NCBI GenBank assembly: GCA_030704615.1
Contig: CM060732.1
Span: forward strand, 7,936,001-8,000,000
Direction: 5' to 3'
DNA from: Takakia lepidozioides
Taxonomy: Eukaryota > Plantae > Bryophyta
DNA length: 64,000 nt
Part shown: positions 1-12,000 of the stretch, piece by piece
Layout of the letters: the number at the start of each line of letters is the position of its first letter
Position numbering within the stretch: position 1 is the first letter of the stretch
The notes under the pieces: model-generated
Databases searched by the model: none
Told to the model about the DNA's origin: nothing
The model's input: only the letters and a program-made list of their open reading frames with translations
Made by a program: the position numbers and the translations under genes

Positions 1-448
1 TCTTGCGGCCATCTATGACTGCTCCGGATTTACTCAAAAAGGTCACCCCCAAAATGAGATCCACTCCATCGATCTCGCAAATGGTGAAGTTCTCACGTCC
101 CTCCCAATTCTCGAGCTGAAGAGGAACATCGAACGCCAACCTCGTCGCCAATTGTGGTTCTCCTTTGGCAGAACGCACTTCTATGGAAGCCCCCACATCA
201 CTTGTCGGGAGCCCCAACTTCCGTGCCGTTGCCGGTGTCATGAAGGAGTGCGACGCTCTTGTATCCACCAACAACGACACGTTAGTTCCGGAAATTATCC
301 CACTCACGAACATTAACTGACTCCCTTTACGCAAGGGGCCAATCTCCTGATACAACTCACAAGAGTAGTTGTCTACCTTGCAAGTCTTGGCGACCACCGC
401 TTCCACCAAGCGGCTGATGGAATCTTTGGACAGCTCCGTGGTTGCCCG
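1..448 (-). pseudogene. Ty3/gypsy pol aspartic protease remnant, continuing the gag ORF across the CACTA insertion
   Basis: The minus strand reads ...MFVSGIISGTNVSLLVDTRASHSFM... (DTG motif mutated to DTR); frameshifted further downstream. Confidence 0.8.
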
Positions 449-1267
449 CACTACAACAGATCACGGTTTTCATGACTTTGACCATGACTGCACCATGTTT
501 TTAAATGAAATTGACCTCCCGCAGTCGTTCATACGACTGTAGTCATATGAACGACTATCTAAATAGTCGTCTGTATGACTACATGGCTCCGGAATGGGCG
601 GAAGGCTGATCAACGACAATTGACCAGATTTAGCTCACCATTCATAGTCATTTCCATGACTACAGTGTACATGGATGAGGTTACATAGTCATGATGACTA
701 CTGGGGATTTTGTAATTTGGTGTGTATAATACAATTAAAACACGATATGATTATATGAATGACTAATGGGTGTATTGGTTAACAGGTAGTGAACTATAAC
801 TCTTATAGTAAAGAGGTTGCAGGTTCAAACTCCTCTAAGTACAATCAAATGGATAAGATGACCCTAGGGTTAGTAGACGAGCTAGGGATAGCACGTGGTA
901 CCCTAGATGGACTGCCACGTGGTTTTTTCATTATTATAAAATGCATTATGCCACGTGGCACAATGCGGTGCGACGCGGCGTTTGATATATGTTTTTATTT
1001 TTTTTAGTTTTAATTTAATTTAATTTAATTTTTTAAATCAATTGCGCATCGCCACGTGGCGCGGCAGCGGCAGCTGTAGTATGGTATATATGACTGCAGT
1101 GAGAGATATCACCTGGTTCATATGACTGTAGTCATCGGGACCGTACCATCCTGTATTCATTGTATTGACTTGGTTTGCACGACTTACAGTCATAGAAATC
1201 ATATGTATCGTTTATGACTGCAGAATAGTCGTATATATAGTCATAAATACCGCGATCTGTTGTAGTG
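449..1267. mobile_element. Non-autonomous CACTA (En/Spm) element, 819 bp, inserted in gypsy gag-pol
   Basis: Perfect 14-bp TIRs CACTACAACAGATC (449) / GATCTGTTGTAGTG (ends 1267); 3-bp flanks CCG/TCG (one transition); subterminal ATGACT/AGTCAT repeats. Confidence 0.92.
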
Positions 1268-2359
1268 TCGAGTCATGTTCAATTGTCGGGGTTTCGCGCA
1301 CTTCTTAGCCATTTGCCCAGGCTCCCCGCAATTAAAGCACACTTCATCGAAGGTCGCCTTCTGTCCGCCATAAGCCATCGCACCTGATTTTTCTTTCGGA
1401 GCACCGGGTGCCGCCTTGATGTGTGAAGGCCCTCCCTTCGATTTCCATGTGTCATTATCGCCGCGTGGCCTATCCCACTTTTTTTTCGGTCGGAAAGAGT
1501 CACCCTCCCGCCGAGTCTTCTTGTGGTTCAGCTCCGTACGGCCTTGTCTTTCGCCCTTAGGGACATCCGAGAAACATTCAGCCTTTTCAATTGCCTCGTT
1601 TAAAATCTTAGGTGTCTTCTCCTCCAACTTCCGCCTGGCCCATGGTGCCAGTCCCACCACAAAGTTGAAGACCATTTCTGGTTCCGCCATATCCGCAACT
1701 TCGAGCAACAGCACATTGAAAGCCTGAACATATCCCCGAATGTCATCCATTTGCTGCAAATTCCTCATCTTGTCCCGGGTGAGCCATGACGCGTTGAGGG
1801 GAACAAACTGTCTTTTCATAAGTTCCTTGAACCCACTCCAGTTCAAGGTTTCCGGGTTTGGTCCTTGGTCATGAAGACATTTTTGCCACCATTGTTGAGC
1901 ATAGCCCCTCAAATAGGTGGGAGCCACTTCCACCCGATCCTCGTCACTCAACTTGGCCGCCCGGAAGTACCGCTCTAGCTCCAAGAACCAGGTGTTGAGT
2001 GCCTTCCGATTTCGGACGCCCTCGAAGGTGCCGTGTTCCTTAGGCTTCACCTTAAACTTTGCCTTAGTGGAAGTGGCATTAGCCGTCTTCAACACGTCTT
2101 TTAACGTCCCGCCAAACTGCGCCAACAACCCTTCCCAAAAGGTTGCTGGCATAGGAGACATCTGTTGATCTGCCGGAGCTTCTGGGAGGTCCTCGGGCTC
2201 CGACTCCCCAGATTCCTCCCGTTCTTGAGCGGCCTTGCTTTCAAAAGCATGAATCGTCTCCTCAAATTGCCGCTTTGGTGATACGTCGCCCCCATCGGGC
2301 TCACCAGGATCATCATCTTTCGGGCCGTTCCGCTTTCGCTTTGGCTTGCCCAACCCCAT
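1268..2359 (-). CDS. gag: Ty3/gypsy Gag (retrotransposon gag domain plus degenerate zinc knuckle CFNCGEPGQMAKKC)
   Basis: ORF 1241..2413 has WFLELERYF...YLRGYAQQWW...WSGFKELMKRQF...LQQMDDIRGYVQAF; likely ATG at 2359; interrupted by the CACTA at 1267. Confidence 0.9.
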
Positions 2360-2400
2360 GATGAGGCCGATCTCAAGGACGATCGCGTACTGAACTCTAA

Positions 2401-2412
2401 GCTCTGATACCA
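2401..2412 (-). promoter_or_regulatory. Primer-binding site (tRNA-iMet), TGGTATCAGAGC
   Basis: Plus-strand GCTCTGATACCA lies 2 bp inside the LTR end. Confidence 0.93.
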
Positions 2413-2414
2413 AG

Positions 2415-4079
2415 TGTCGCGCACCTCACTTCGGTAAGCTCACTTTCAAGTCATAGTTACTCGCTTTGATGCGCGCGCCTAACTCCCAAACTGGCCGCCG
2501 GGCCAACTCGGAGCTTCGGCTGCTCACCGGGACATAACGGTCCCCCTTTGCTCCTCCACAAGACCCTCTCTCAATTCGGGCCTAGTGGAAATTCCCTTTG
2601 GTTGTTGGCAGTCCGGAACAGCTCCCCACACCTTGGTCGCTTTCCGGCTAACACGCTTACTCACTAGTTTTTGGTCACCAACGGGCGTGCACCATTCTCG
2701 GGGTTACTACTCTCTATATATACTTCCGTGACTGTCCGCGGAGGTTTCACAAACAACACCGTCCTTTTATGGCGAACCACCACGAAGACCCTCCATTCCT
2801 GGTGGTGAGTCGCAGTGAGTCTTGGCCCACCCACCTGCATGGCCCCATTGGACCGTGATGAGTCCCAAGACTCCCCACAACTCCCACCACAAGGTCTCCG
2901 CCCCATGGTGAGTCCTATGCCACCCCCTCTAAGTCCCACTAAGCTACCACCACCCCTCGTGGAACCACCCTCACCGCAACCCGGTGTGTGGGGTTCCACC
3001 TAGTGAGCGCCTCCGCCTCCTTGAGTGCCTTGGGCACTCAATGGTGCTTCAGCCCCCGTACCTATTGTTGCCACTGCCACCACAAGGGCAGCCCCTCTTG
3101 TGTCCTGACCACCCCCCCCCCCCCCCCCCCCCTGCCCTCAAGGCAAAGGGCCGCGACACCTTTCCTCTTCCTTGCTTGCTCTCCAAGCTCGAAGATAGAA
3201 GCTCCAATGGGCTGAATGCATGCTCCACACATGCAACCCCTTCACACAAGAGGTATCAGCCCTCTATCTTGGCTCCTTGATGCTCTCTAAAACAGGACTA
3301 AGCACTCCATAGCCTTTGCCAAGCTCTTGAAACCCCAAGGTCTATATTTCCAGCCGCAAGACACTCCTCTTGTGATGCAAGAGCTCTTCTTCCAAGCTCT
3401 GAAACCCTAGGTGCACATACCCTTCTCATCTTGGTGTACCTGCATTTCATGGGCCCCAAAGCTAGTGCTTTCGGTCAGCAACTAATAGCCCTCATACCAT
3501 CTCTAACTTGCGACGCAATGACGGATTATGCTACACTAGCTTCCCCACGCGCAGCCCACATTTCTGCAGTTCCTCAACTCGACCTGCAGCTGAAGAAGAT
3601 GGCCACAGTTTACCCGCTCATGGCCACCATCTCCTCCGCTTTTAACAACCAAGTACTTCACGGCGCTCCTCGCCTCCCAACATGATCTCTTGCATTTTCA
3701 AGCAAGAACCACAAGTGCTAAACAACGACTTATATCTGGCACTCACAGATACGAGCTCATCTTTCTCGAGTGATAAACAAAAAGAATACAAGCTCACATG
3801 AGCTCACACAAATTGATGCATATATAGAATCATCACTCAAATACAGTCGAGCCAAGTGCACCCCACACCATGGGGAATCCACACTACGGCGCCATAGCTA
3901 GATGCGGTGAGGCTCAACTCGAGAAAGATGAGCCCACCGCGCTTGCCGTGAACATAACCACTCCAGGGCCTAAACATCACTTGACCCTTGGATTGACACT
4001 TGGGCCAATCCCAAATGTCAACATATAAAACTAACTATTTCCTAGCTAGTTTCACACTAGTGGTAAAAATATCTTGACA
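2415..4079 (-). mobile_element. 5' LTR (1665 bp) of the Ty3/gypsy element
   Basis: Termini TGTCAAG...GCGACA on the minus strand, adjacent to the PBS; 3155-4079 is homologous to 22540-23638. Confidence 0.85.
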
Positions 4080-4811
4080 GCAGAGAGCGGAGGGAGTCGA
4101 CAGGATTTGCTGAACTTGCAGGAAATTACTGAACTCGGAGAGACTTGAAGTCAATGCTTTGGCATAGAACTGAGTGAGCGCTTAACGCCATCGCTCATAA
4201 ATCACACTAGGCCTAATGCCCAGGGGCGAGAATCAAGAGATTTCGGAGGAAAAAGCATGGGCCGTCAAAACTTCGACATTGACAGGAAAGAGTGATTTGG
4301 AGGCGCACCAAGGACAAAGTAGCAAAGGTCGAGAAACCGAGTGGAAGAAACTCACTGAGAGCTGAAGTAAAGAGACCGAGCCCAGGAGGCTAAAAACAGA
4401 GAAGACAATAGTCAACAGCAGAAGAGGCAAGAAGGAGAGATGAGGCTCATTCAGAAACCATTAAGCAACCGTATGGTGGTCTCTGAACATGAGCAGAAAG
4501 GGACAAAAGATGTGAGAACCGAGGAGCTGCAGGAAATCAACTTCGCCGTCAGAGCTTAGAATGAGACAGGTTGAGAAGAGGGGAGGAAACTCCCTTGGAA
4601 ATGGAGCAAGGATCGAGAAAATCAATACGAGAAGCTCAGCCGATAAAGCGTGGAGAGAAGGCACTAGGAACGATGGCACGAGGACCGAGGGCTGTAGACA
4701 CAGCTTGAGCAGAACATGAGTAGTGATAGGCAGTTGAGCACAGCGCGTCCAAAAATCCTCAAAACGGCGTTAAGTCCCAATCACACTCACCCCGGAACGC
4801 GGAGCGTTACA
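4080..4811 (-). mobile_element. Probable LTR fragment of a second LTR retrotransposon, into which the first inserted
   Basis: Ends in TGTAACGCTCCGCG on the minus strand, a typical gypsy LTR start; purine-skewed and non-coding. Confidence 0.45.
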
Positions 4812-4985
4812 TTACTCAGTGCATATCTTGTTGGTTTTTGGATTCTATAAAGGCTATAGCATTTTTATTTTTATTTTAAATAAAAAATTGGGGAACATTT
4901 ACATTGAATATGTGACGAAACAAAAGACTCGAGAGGAAGAAAATAAATATTAGAGCAGATTTGGCAAAAATGATTTTCATATGTC

Positions 4986-5017
<32 letters not shown>

Positions 5018-5747
5018 CCCTTGGCGATAAAATATGACGATGATGACGAGCATGATGATGTGTGGCTGACCATGACGTGGCGACAATGACATGTCATTGT
5101 GGCACCGTAACGCCCTTTGGTGTTTCATCCTTTGTATTTTGACGACACCTCCCGTAAGGGAATGCCCTGCCAGGATGTGGCCCTCCACCACGTGCATGTA
5201 TCTCAAGAACACATTCCTTTTCAGGGAATGGAAGGTTTATCTTCCGGAACTGAGTGCCTATGGAGCGCCACGTGTACTATCTTCATGTGGAGTACCACCT
5301 TCCGTTACAACCTTCCGGTACAGAGCGCAGGCAGAGCGACACGTGGGCCAATCGGGCGCCACGTCGGGGAATGCCTGGGCTGAGGGCATTCACACGCATT
5401 CGGTCCGGCCCTCGGGCTCCCGCCCTCGTGCGGGACCTCACCCCCGTGAATGCCCTCGGGCCTGGGCATTCCCCCTCACCTATTCCCGCTATACATTAAA
5501 ACTAGTCTATGACCTTCAGTCGTCACTAGAATTACCTGGTAATTAGGTAGTCTTGTGTAAGTAAGGCATAGTAGAGAACAAGTGAATGTATAGGGTAATG
5601 CCCTGAGTGGAGGGCATTATCCTGCATAAAGAAATGGGATGATTTCCTTATCTTTTCATCCTTCCTTTATGCTTTCTCTCCGCCAGTAGCTTGCCGTGAA
5701 AAAAGATCTTGCAGGTAAAGAGGTAAAGATAAAGAAATATCGCAGGT

Positions 5748-5801
5748 GTGCATTACACACTCGTGTAATGCACCGGTGCATTACGCGAGTGTGTAATGCA
5801 C
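5748..5801. repeat. 54-bp near-perfect palindrome built from two hairpins
   Basis: GTGCATTACACACTCGTGTAATGCACC|GGTGCATTACGCGAGTGTGTAATGCAC, one mismatch. Confidence 0.9.
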
Positions 5802-6086
5802 TGCTAATCGTGGGGCGGGCTCTTACGCCGGATAACGCGCAGAAATTTACAAAGAGAAATCAGCCCTAGTTCCTTACGTCCGAAATTCAGAGTCTGATCT
5901 CTCTCTCCATTCCGTCCTCTCGCTCGTACATTCAATCCTCCCTTCGATTCCTTCTTGGAAGATGTCCTCCCTCGTAAAGAGAACATTCTGTTGCCACGCA
6001 CCTCACATCAATTGATCAGCAGCTGTATTTCGGAGGGAGAATGGTGGTGGCGAGTGTATGAGCGCGTGGGACTCAAAGAGGTGTCA

Positions 6087-9000
6087 ATGGAATTCCCAGT
6101 ATCGCTTAGCTATCCCTTGGCATCCTCTTCTTCAGCACAATGCTGTCATTTTCAAATGGGCTTCGGTCTACCTATACAGTTGCCTCGCACCACTAACAAT
6201 ATGAGAGGACACGTTCTGAGGGAAGGCACCCCTGTGAACATCCACAGAGCGAGGACAAAGTTGGAATTCCGAGATTTGTTCGAGTACTTGAATACTGCGA
6301 AATGTCACATGGGAACAAGTCGTCAACAAAGAGCCCAGTCGTACTGGAGAGGGCAACCGGGGAGTAACTTCTTAGACTACACCCTCATTCACGCTCCCCG
6401 AGTCCGGAATGCAGTGCTTGCCAGCTCTCGTACCTTCCGAGAAGAAGTTCGTTCTCTCTCAATGTGTGAGAATACGACAGGAAAGGAGCAAGGCAAAGTT
6501 TGTCGGCTTGTTGGTACCGGAGAATCGCAGAGTAAGGCAAACACCAGAAAGGAAATCACCACAATCGAGTACATCCAGAGGGCCCAAGCAGACTTTCGTG
6601 GAATTCTGGGCATAGTTTTTTCCTTGGCTATTTCGGGAGCAGTTGCCCAGCCTCCTTGCAGGTTTGTCTTACTTTCTGCTCTCATCTCTTTCCGAAAATG
6701 CATCAAATTTGTTAGAAGGTACTGATAGGTTTGTTGTTTCCCTTGCACTGACATGGATGCCTTTTTTTAGTGAGTTTCTTAGGTTTCAGCTGCCTCAGTT
6801 TTTCACAAGAGTTCTGCATCGGTGTTGGGGACAGGAGGGCAGTAGACTCCAATAAAGCAGGAGTGCTGCTGTGATGATACAGTCACATGGCTCTCGTCAG
6901 TAGGAAAAGATACTTCTGTTAGTCAGTCAATTGGTTTACATGCCACCAGGCTAGCTAATTGAGTGTTGGAGGAACAATGGGAGAGCAGAAAAAAGGGTTG
7001 GTGTTTTGTTATTTTGATAACAATCTCAACTGCAGCATTGCTGCAAGTATGCTGCATGCAGCCATTGTGGAAGAAATCCAGCAAGGTACAGTGGATTTGC
7101 CGCCTACCCCTGTTGAGTTTCCTCGGCTGGGGGAAATCACATTACCGACCTACGAGAAGGTATGGTTTGGAAATATCATTTTGCATGGAAAGATCTTACC
7201 CACAATCTTAAAGTTGTTGAGTAGTCATGCCTTCCTCTCTCTGTCTGCCTTCCTCGGAAGCTCTTTTAGTTTTCCTATGGAAGTTAGAATTTTTTTCTTT
7301 TTTTCTTTCCGATCCTATCTCTTCCTCTCCCAAATAGACTAGAAATGCATTCACACAGTGAAATGCCCTAGACACTGAAAAGCTGCAAGCGTCCATTTGT
7401 GTGAGCTCTGAGATGATTATCTGCAGAGGTTGATGTAAGTTAAAGATCTTCCAAGGAAATCTGGAAAACCAAACTTCTCTATCTTAGCAAGGTAGTCCAG
7501 TGGGAGCAACCCTCTGCCCTTACAGAGGCATCCTCTGCTCTTGTCTGGTCCCCCTGGCTGTTTTTTTCTACTTTATCCAGCTACGCCAGGGTCTATGGCA
7601 GAAGGCTACAGCAAGCAAAGTCTTCTGATCATGTCTCTCTGTGTGATTGCTTTTGATGGATACGATGTCTTTATTGGTCATATTTAAGTTACACTCTTGG
7701 GCCATGTAAAAGGTCCTGCCCAATCAACCAAGCATTCAAGTTATTTTCCTAAAATGCTGTTGCAATGATTGTGCAGATAGTGCTGCCAAATGGTTTGCGT
7801 GTCTTTCTGTTAGAAGACCATGAGCTGGGCCTGGTGAGTGCACCTCTCACTCTTGGCACAATGGATGCCTGTGATAATGCAGGAGTAGCATGAAGCCATG
7901 GGTCAGTGGGAAGCTTTATTTCATCCCCTCTTTGTGACTTCTGCAGCTGACAGCTAGTCTTAGGGCCTGTCCCAATTGACCCGAGATGGGAACTCTTCCA
8001 AAAACCAGCAATTCCCCATGCAGCTATAATGGTCAAGAAAATAAAAGGCCTCCTGAGATTGTGACCCCTGCCCCATTTGGCGCTCACTTCTCGTACTTCG
8101 CTCGCTTCTGTCGTGCTCTCTCAACTTCCACCGGCACATGTCTTTCACATGCCAATGGGGACACTCCATCCTTGTTTAAAGTGACCTGAGAGTAAATACT
8201 TGATAACCCAATATTGGGTCCAAATATCTCAGGTCAATGGGAGCGGGCCCTTAGAGTCTTGCCATAATGAGTCATTATTTTGGAGAGGGATGATGCAGGT
8301 AGGAGGGCAGCTGCTTGTGCGCGGCGGTGCTAAGATTGAACCTGTACCGAAGGCAAGATCTCCTTCTGCCTCCTTTCCTGTTCACCTTTTTTCCATTTTG
8401 ATGCTTTGTCTTGCTAGGTCAGTCACTGACTGGGCATCCAAGGACTAGCCGAATTGGATTTTCACATGGAACTTAGCATCTGGGAGTTACTGTACATGCC
8501 ATGTCATCTCCTGTAAACTCCAATCTTACTGCGTACATTTTCACACATAGAGAAAGGAAAGTTTTAGTGGTGTTTGAGCAAGGCTTTACGCACAAGTGTG
8601 CTGGTAGGTGGGTCTGGCAGCCATGACAGCGAGTGTACAAAGAAGTGGAGGCAGCACTGCCCATCCTTCAGATATTTTGAACTTCAAGCTTGAGGTAGGT
8701 TTTGACTGTGCATCTTCCTTCCCCTGTAGCCCTAGTTATTGTCTGATCATCCCCGGGCAAGATTTGTCTTCTAACTGCTAGGTGTATCTCCCTGCAGCTG
8801 CTGGAAAATTGACACAATACTCACATCTTCCCCTGCTGGTTTTGACGACCTTTTAGCTACAAAATTCCACCCCCAAATAGGTGTAAAGTGAGGAGGATTC
8901 CTCTCTCCAAAACCACTGATAGCCACTGTCAACATGACGGTTTCGGTCAATTGCTACAATGGCTCTCTTGCTCATCTAGTATGCAGATGTCAAGTACTTG

Positions 9001-12000
9001 GTTGCTTGCAATGAGCAAGTGTTAACGTACTGATTTATCACTACATGAATGAAGACTGGATGTGACTGAGGTGGGTTGATTCTGACGCATGGATTTGTTC
9101 AGTCAATGGCAGCACGCATTGAGGCATCATCAAGTGTGTCTGAGATGAGCGTAGCATTCCGCTGCCTCACAGAAGATCTGTCTTCAGTATTCGGTCTGTT
9201 TTCTGAAGGTATGTTCTGAGTTGAGCTTACAGATGAGATGATATTGGGGCTTATATCATTGACATAATGGTTAGACTCAGCAGAGTTTCAGTGGAGGACA
9301 GCTATCCATCATGTCCAATAGTATGCCAAGGTTTTGTTGGCCTTTCCATATAGCTTTATTGGCATTGCACCTTGAGTAGTGGGGCATCTGGGTCAGAGAA
9401 GGATAAGCATGGGATTTGTTGTGAGTGGCAGTTGTACAAGAGCCCCTCATGCCTGAGGACAAGTTGGAGCTTGTGCGCATTCAGTTTCTTGGGGGTATTG
9501 CCAGGCGAGGGGATCAGGTAAGTTGACCTCCATTTTCCTCTCTCTCATTTGAACATCTAAATGGATATAAAGCAGGTGGACCTGATGGCATAGTCAACGA
9601 GCTTATCAAGCACGGTGGCGATCCCATGATAGAGGCCCTAGTTCTCCTCTTTAACCTTATCTGGAAGACTGAAATGATCCCCTTTCGCTGGGAGGGTCAT
9701 TGTCAATCTATACAAGAAGGGTGACAGAGAAGACCCGGGGAACTACCGTGGCACCACGCTTCCAATGCTGTTGGCAAGATATTTTGCAGAGTTATATGTA
9801 CTCGTCTCGAGGTCGATCTGGAATCTAGAGGTTGTTTCCACGAAGGCCAAGCTGGCTTTCGGCGAAACAGGGGCTGTATGGATCATATCTTCACTCTAAG
9901 CCAGATTATCCTGGGAAGGAAAAAAGAGGGGAAACCCACTTATGTTTTTCTCTTGGATGTCAAAAAGGCTTATGACACAGTATGGAGAGATGGTTTATGG
10001 CTCCGCCTCTGGTCTTGTGGGATCAAGGGAAAGATGTGGAGAGTTGTCCATAACTTGCATGCTCACACCAAAAGCTGTGTCACTGTTAATGGACAGAAGT
10101 CTAACTTCTTTGACATAGACCAAGGTGTAGCTCAAGGATGTACCCTCTCCCCTCTGCTCTTCAATGTTTTCATCAATCAACTCCTCGAGGATGTGGAAAG
10201 TGAGGGATTTGGGTTAAGGGTGGGTGATGCCACCATTCCAGCCCTTATGTTTGCGGTTGACTTCGCAGGCATAGGGGAGACTCGTTCCAACCTCCAGGAA
10301 TTGATCGATTGCGCGAAGAGATACTTTGATCATTGGGGGCTAGAGGCTAATGTCAGTAAATGTGCAGTGGTGGCATTCAACGACAGAGGACTGAGGGAGG
10401 AAGTGATCTTAAGTGGCAGTGGGGTAGCCAAGAGATCCCAGTCCTCCCTTCCTACACATACCTGGGCGTTGAGTTTTCCTCCAACTGTAACTGCGATGCA
10501 CATATCCAGAAAGTTGTTCAAACTGGCAAGGGCAAAGCGAATCTTTCCACTGCAGAGGGATTAACTCTGAGGTCAAGAAAACCTTGCTTTGTCGCGTTAT
10601 TAGACCTGCCTTGGAGTACGCATCTGCTATATGGGTTGATAACTCCAACCAGGCTAAGTCTCTAGAATCCATTCAAGTGGGGGTGCTTAAGGAGTGCATG
10701 TCAGCATGCTCCAAAACAGCCAATGTGGCTGTTCGGGGTGAGTTTGGCATCCCTTCCTTAAGCTCCCGACGAGATGAATTCAAGGTCAGATGGTGGGGTC
10801 AGTTGCAACACGTCCAACACCAGATATCCTAAGTTAATCGACTCTATATCTTGGAAACAGGACCGCCCTGTCAAACAGGCTAAGTCCTGGCAGAAGAGAG
10901 TAGAAGAGATTCTCAAGGATCTGAATCTGGACCCGCAAGTCTTGACCCTGCTGGATAAATCTGACTTAGAGACTGTAGTGTCCAAAGCCATGTCTGTTAC
11001 CAGAAAATTGTCTGATGAAAATGAAGTTAGGCAGAAAACTCCCCTGAACCTGTTTCCAGTCTGTGACATGGAGGAGGACATCATGGATGACCTCAAGGGG
11101 CTACCCACTCTCGGCACCAGACTGAAATTTAAACTCAGGGCAGGAAGCCTACCCTCAAATCTATCAAGGGAATTGTGCCTGTACCTATGTTTACCAACTT
11201 TGAAAGTCTCGAGGCTGAGCCAAAAGCCCAGGCCCTTCTGGGGCCTAGTTACTGGGCAAACCACACACAGCAGATTGATGCTTGTGTGAAGGGATTTCTA
11301 GAGGATATCTGGAAAACCCGGATCAATGTTCTTTACCAAGGTAAGTCTTACTACCGACGTCAGCTCCTGACAGAGGTAGGTTCTGTCCCTTTGTGTTCCG
11401 CTCAAACTGGGTGCGGGGTCAATGGCCACTAGGCTACGGCAAACAACGTCTTATGAGTACATTCTCTCTCTCAATGGCTAGGAGATAATGTGCCTTCTCT
11501 TGTTGAAATTGTTGATCGCCGCAGACAGTTCTGCACTTTCTGTGGATTCTCCTGCGCATCAAAAAGAAAGAATTAGTAGTGCACCTGTTTTTGTAGCCGG
11601 AACCAAAACTGTGACCTTTTTCGGCTCTCTGTTTCTGGTGTGAATATTGACGTCCGATGGATGCTATGCCTAGGAGTTCACTTGAAAAAATGTGGAAGGT
11701 CAGAATCGTCTTCCATTATAATTGATAAAGCATAACTTATGTCAATCTGTTACTAACACTTCCATCAAGTGCTCCAATCAATCAAAGGCTGTGCCATTGC
11801 AAGTCCCAATATCCAAACCGGGTGTGGGGGAGGAGTTGTATTCTATGTGGTGCTACACTCTATCTCGAAGGGCTAATTGAGTTGCATCGGGCTGTACTTG
11901 AACTTCATAAGCCACTTGTCTTCGCAGTCAATGATGGCACTCATCTCTGAGGTTCCAAATACAGGCAGAAAGCATTGCAAGAAGAGAATTTCCGAAGCTG

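Noticed and set aside
4817-5803. hAT-like element with CAGTGCAT ends
   Set aside because: Only an 8-bp inverted match and no TSD.
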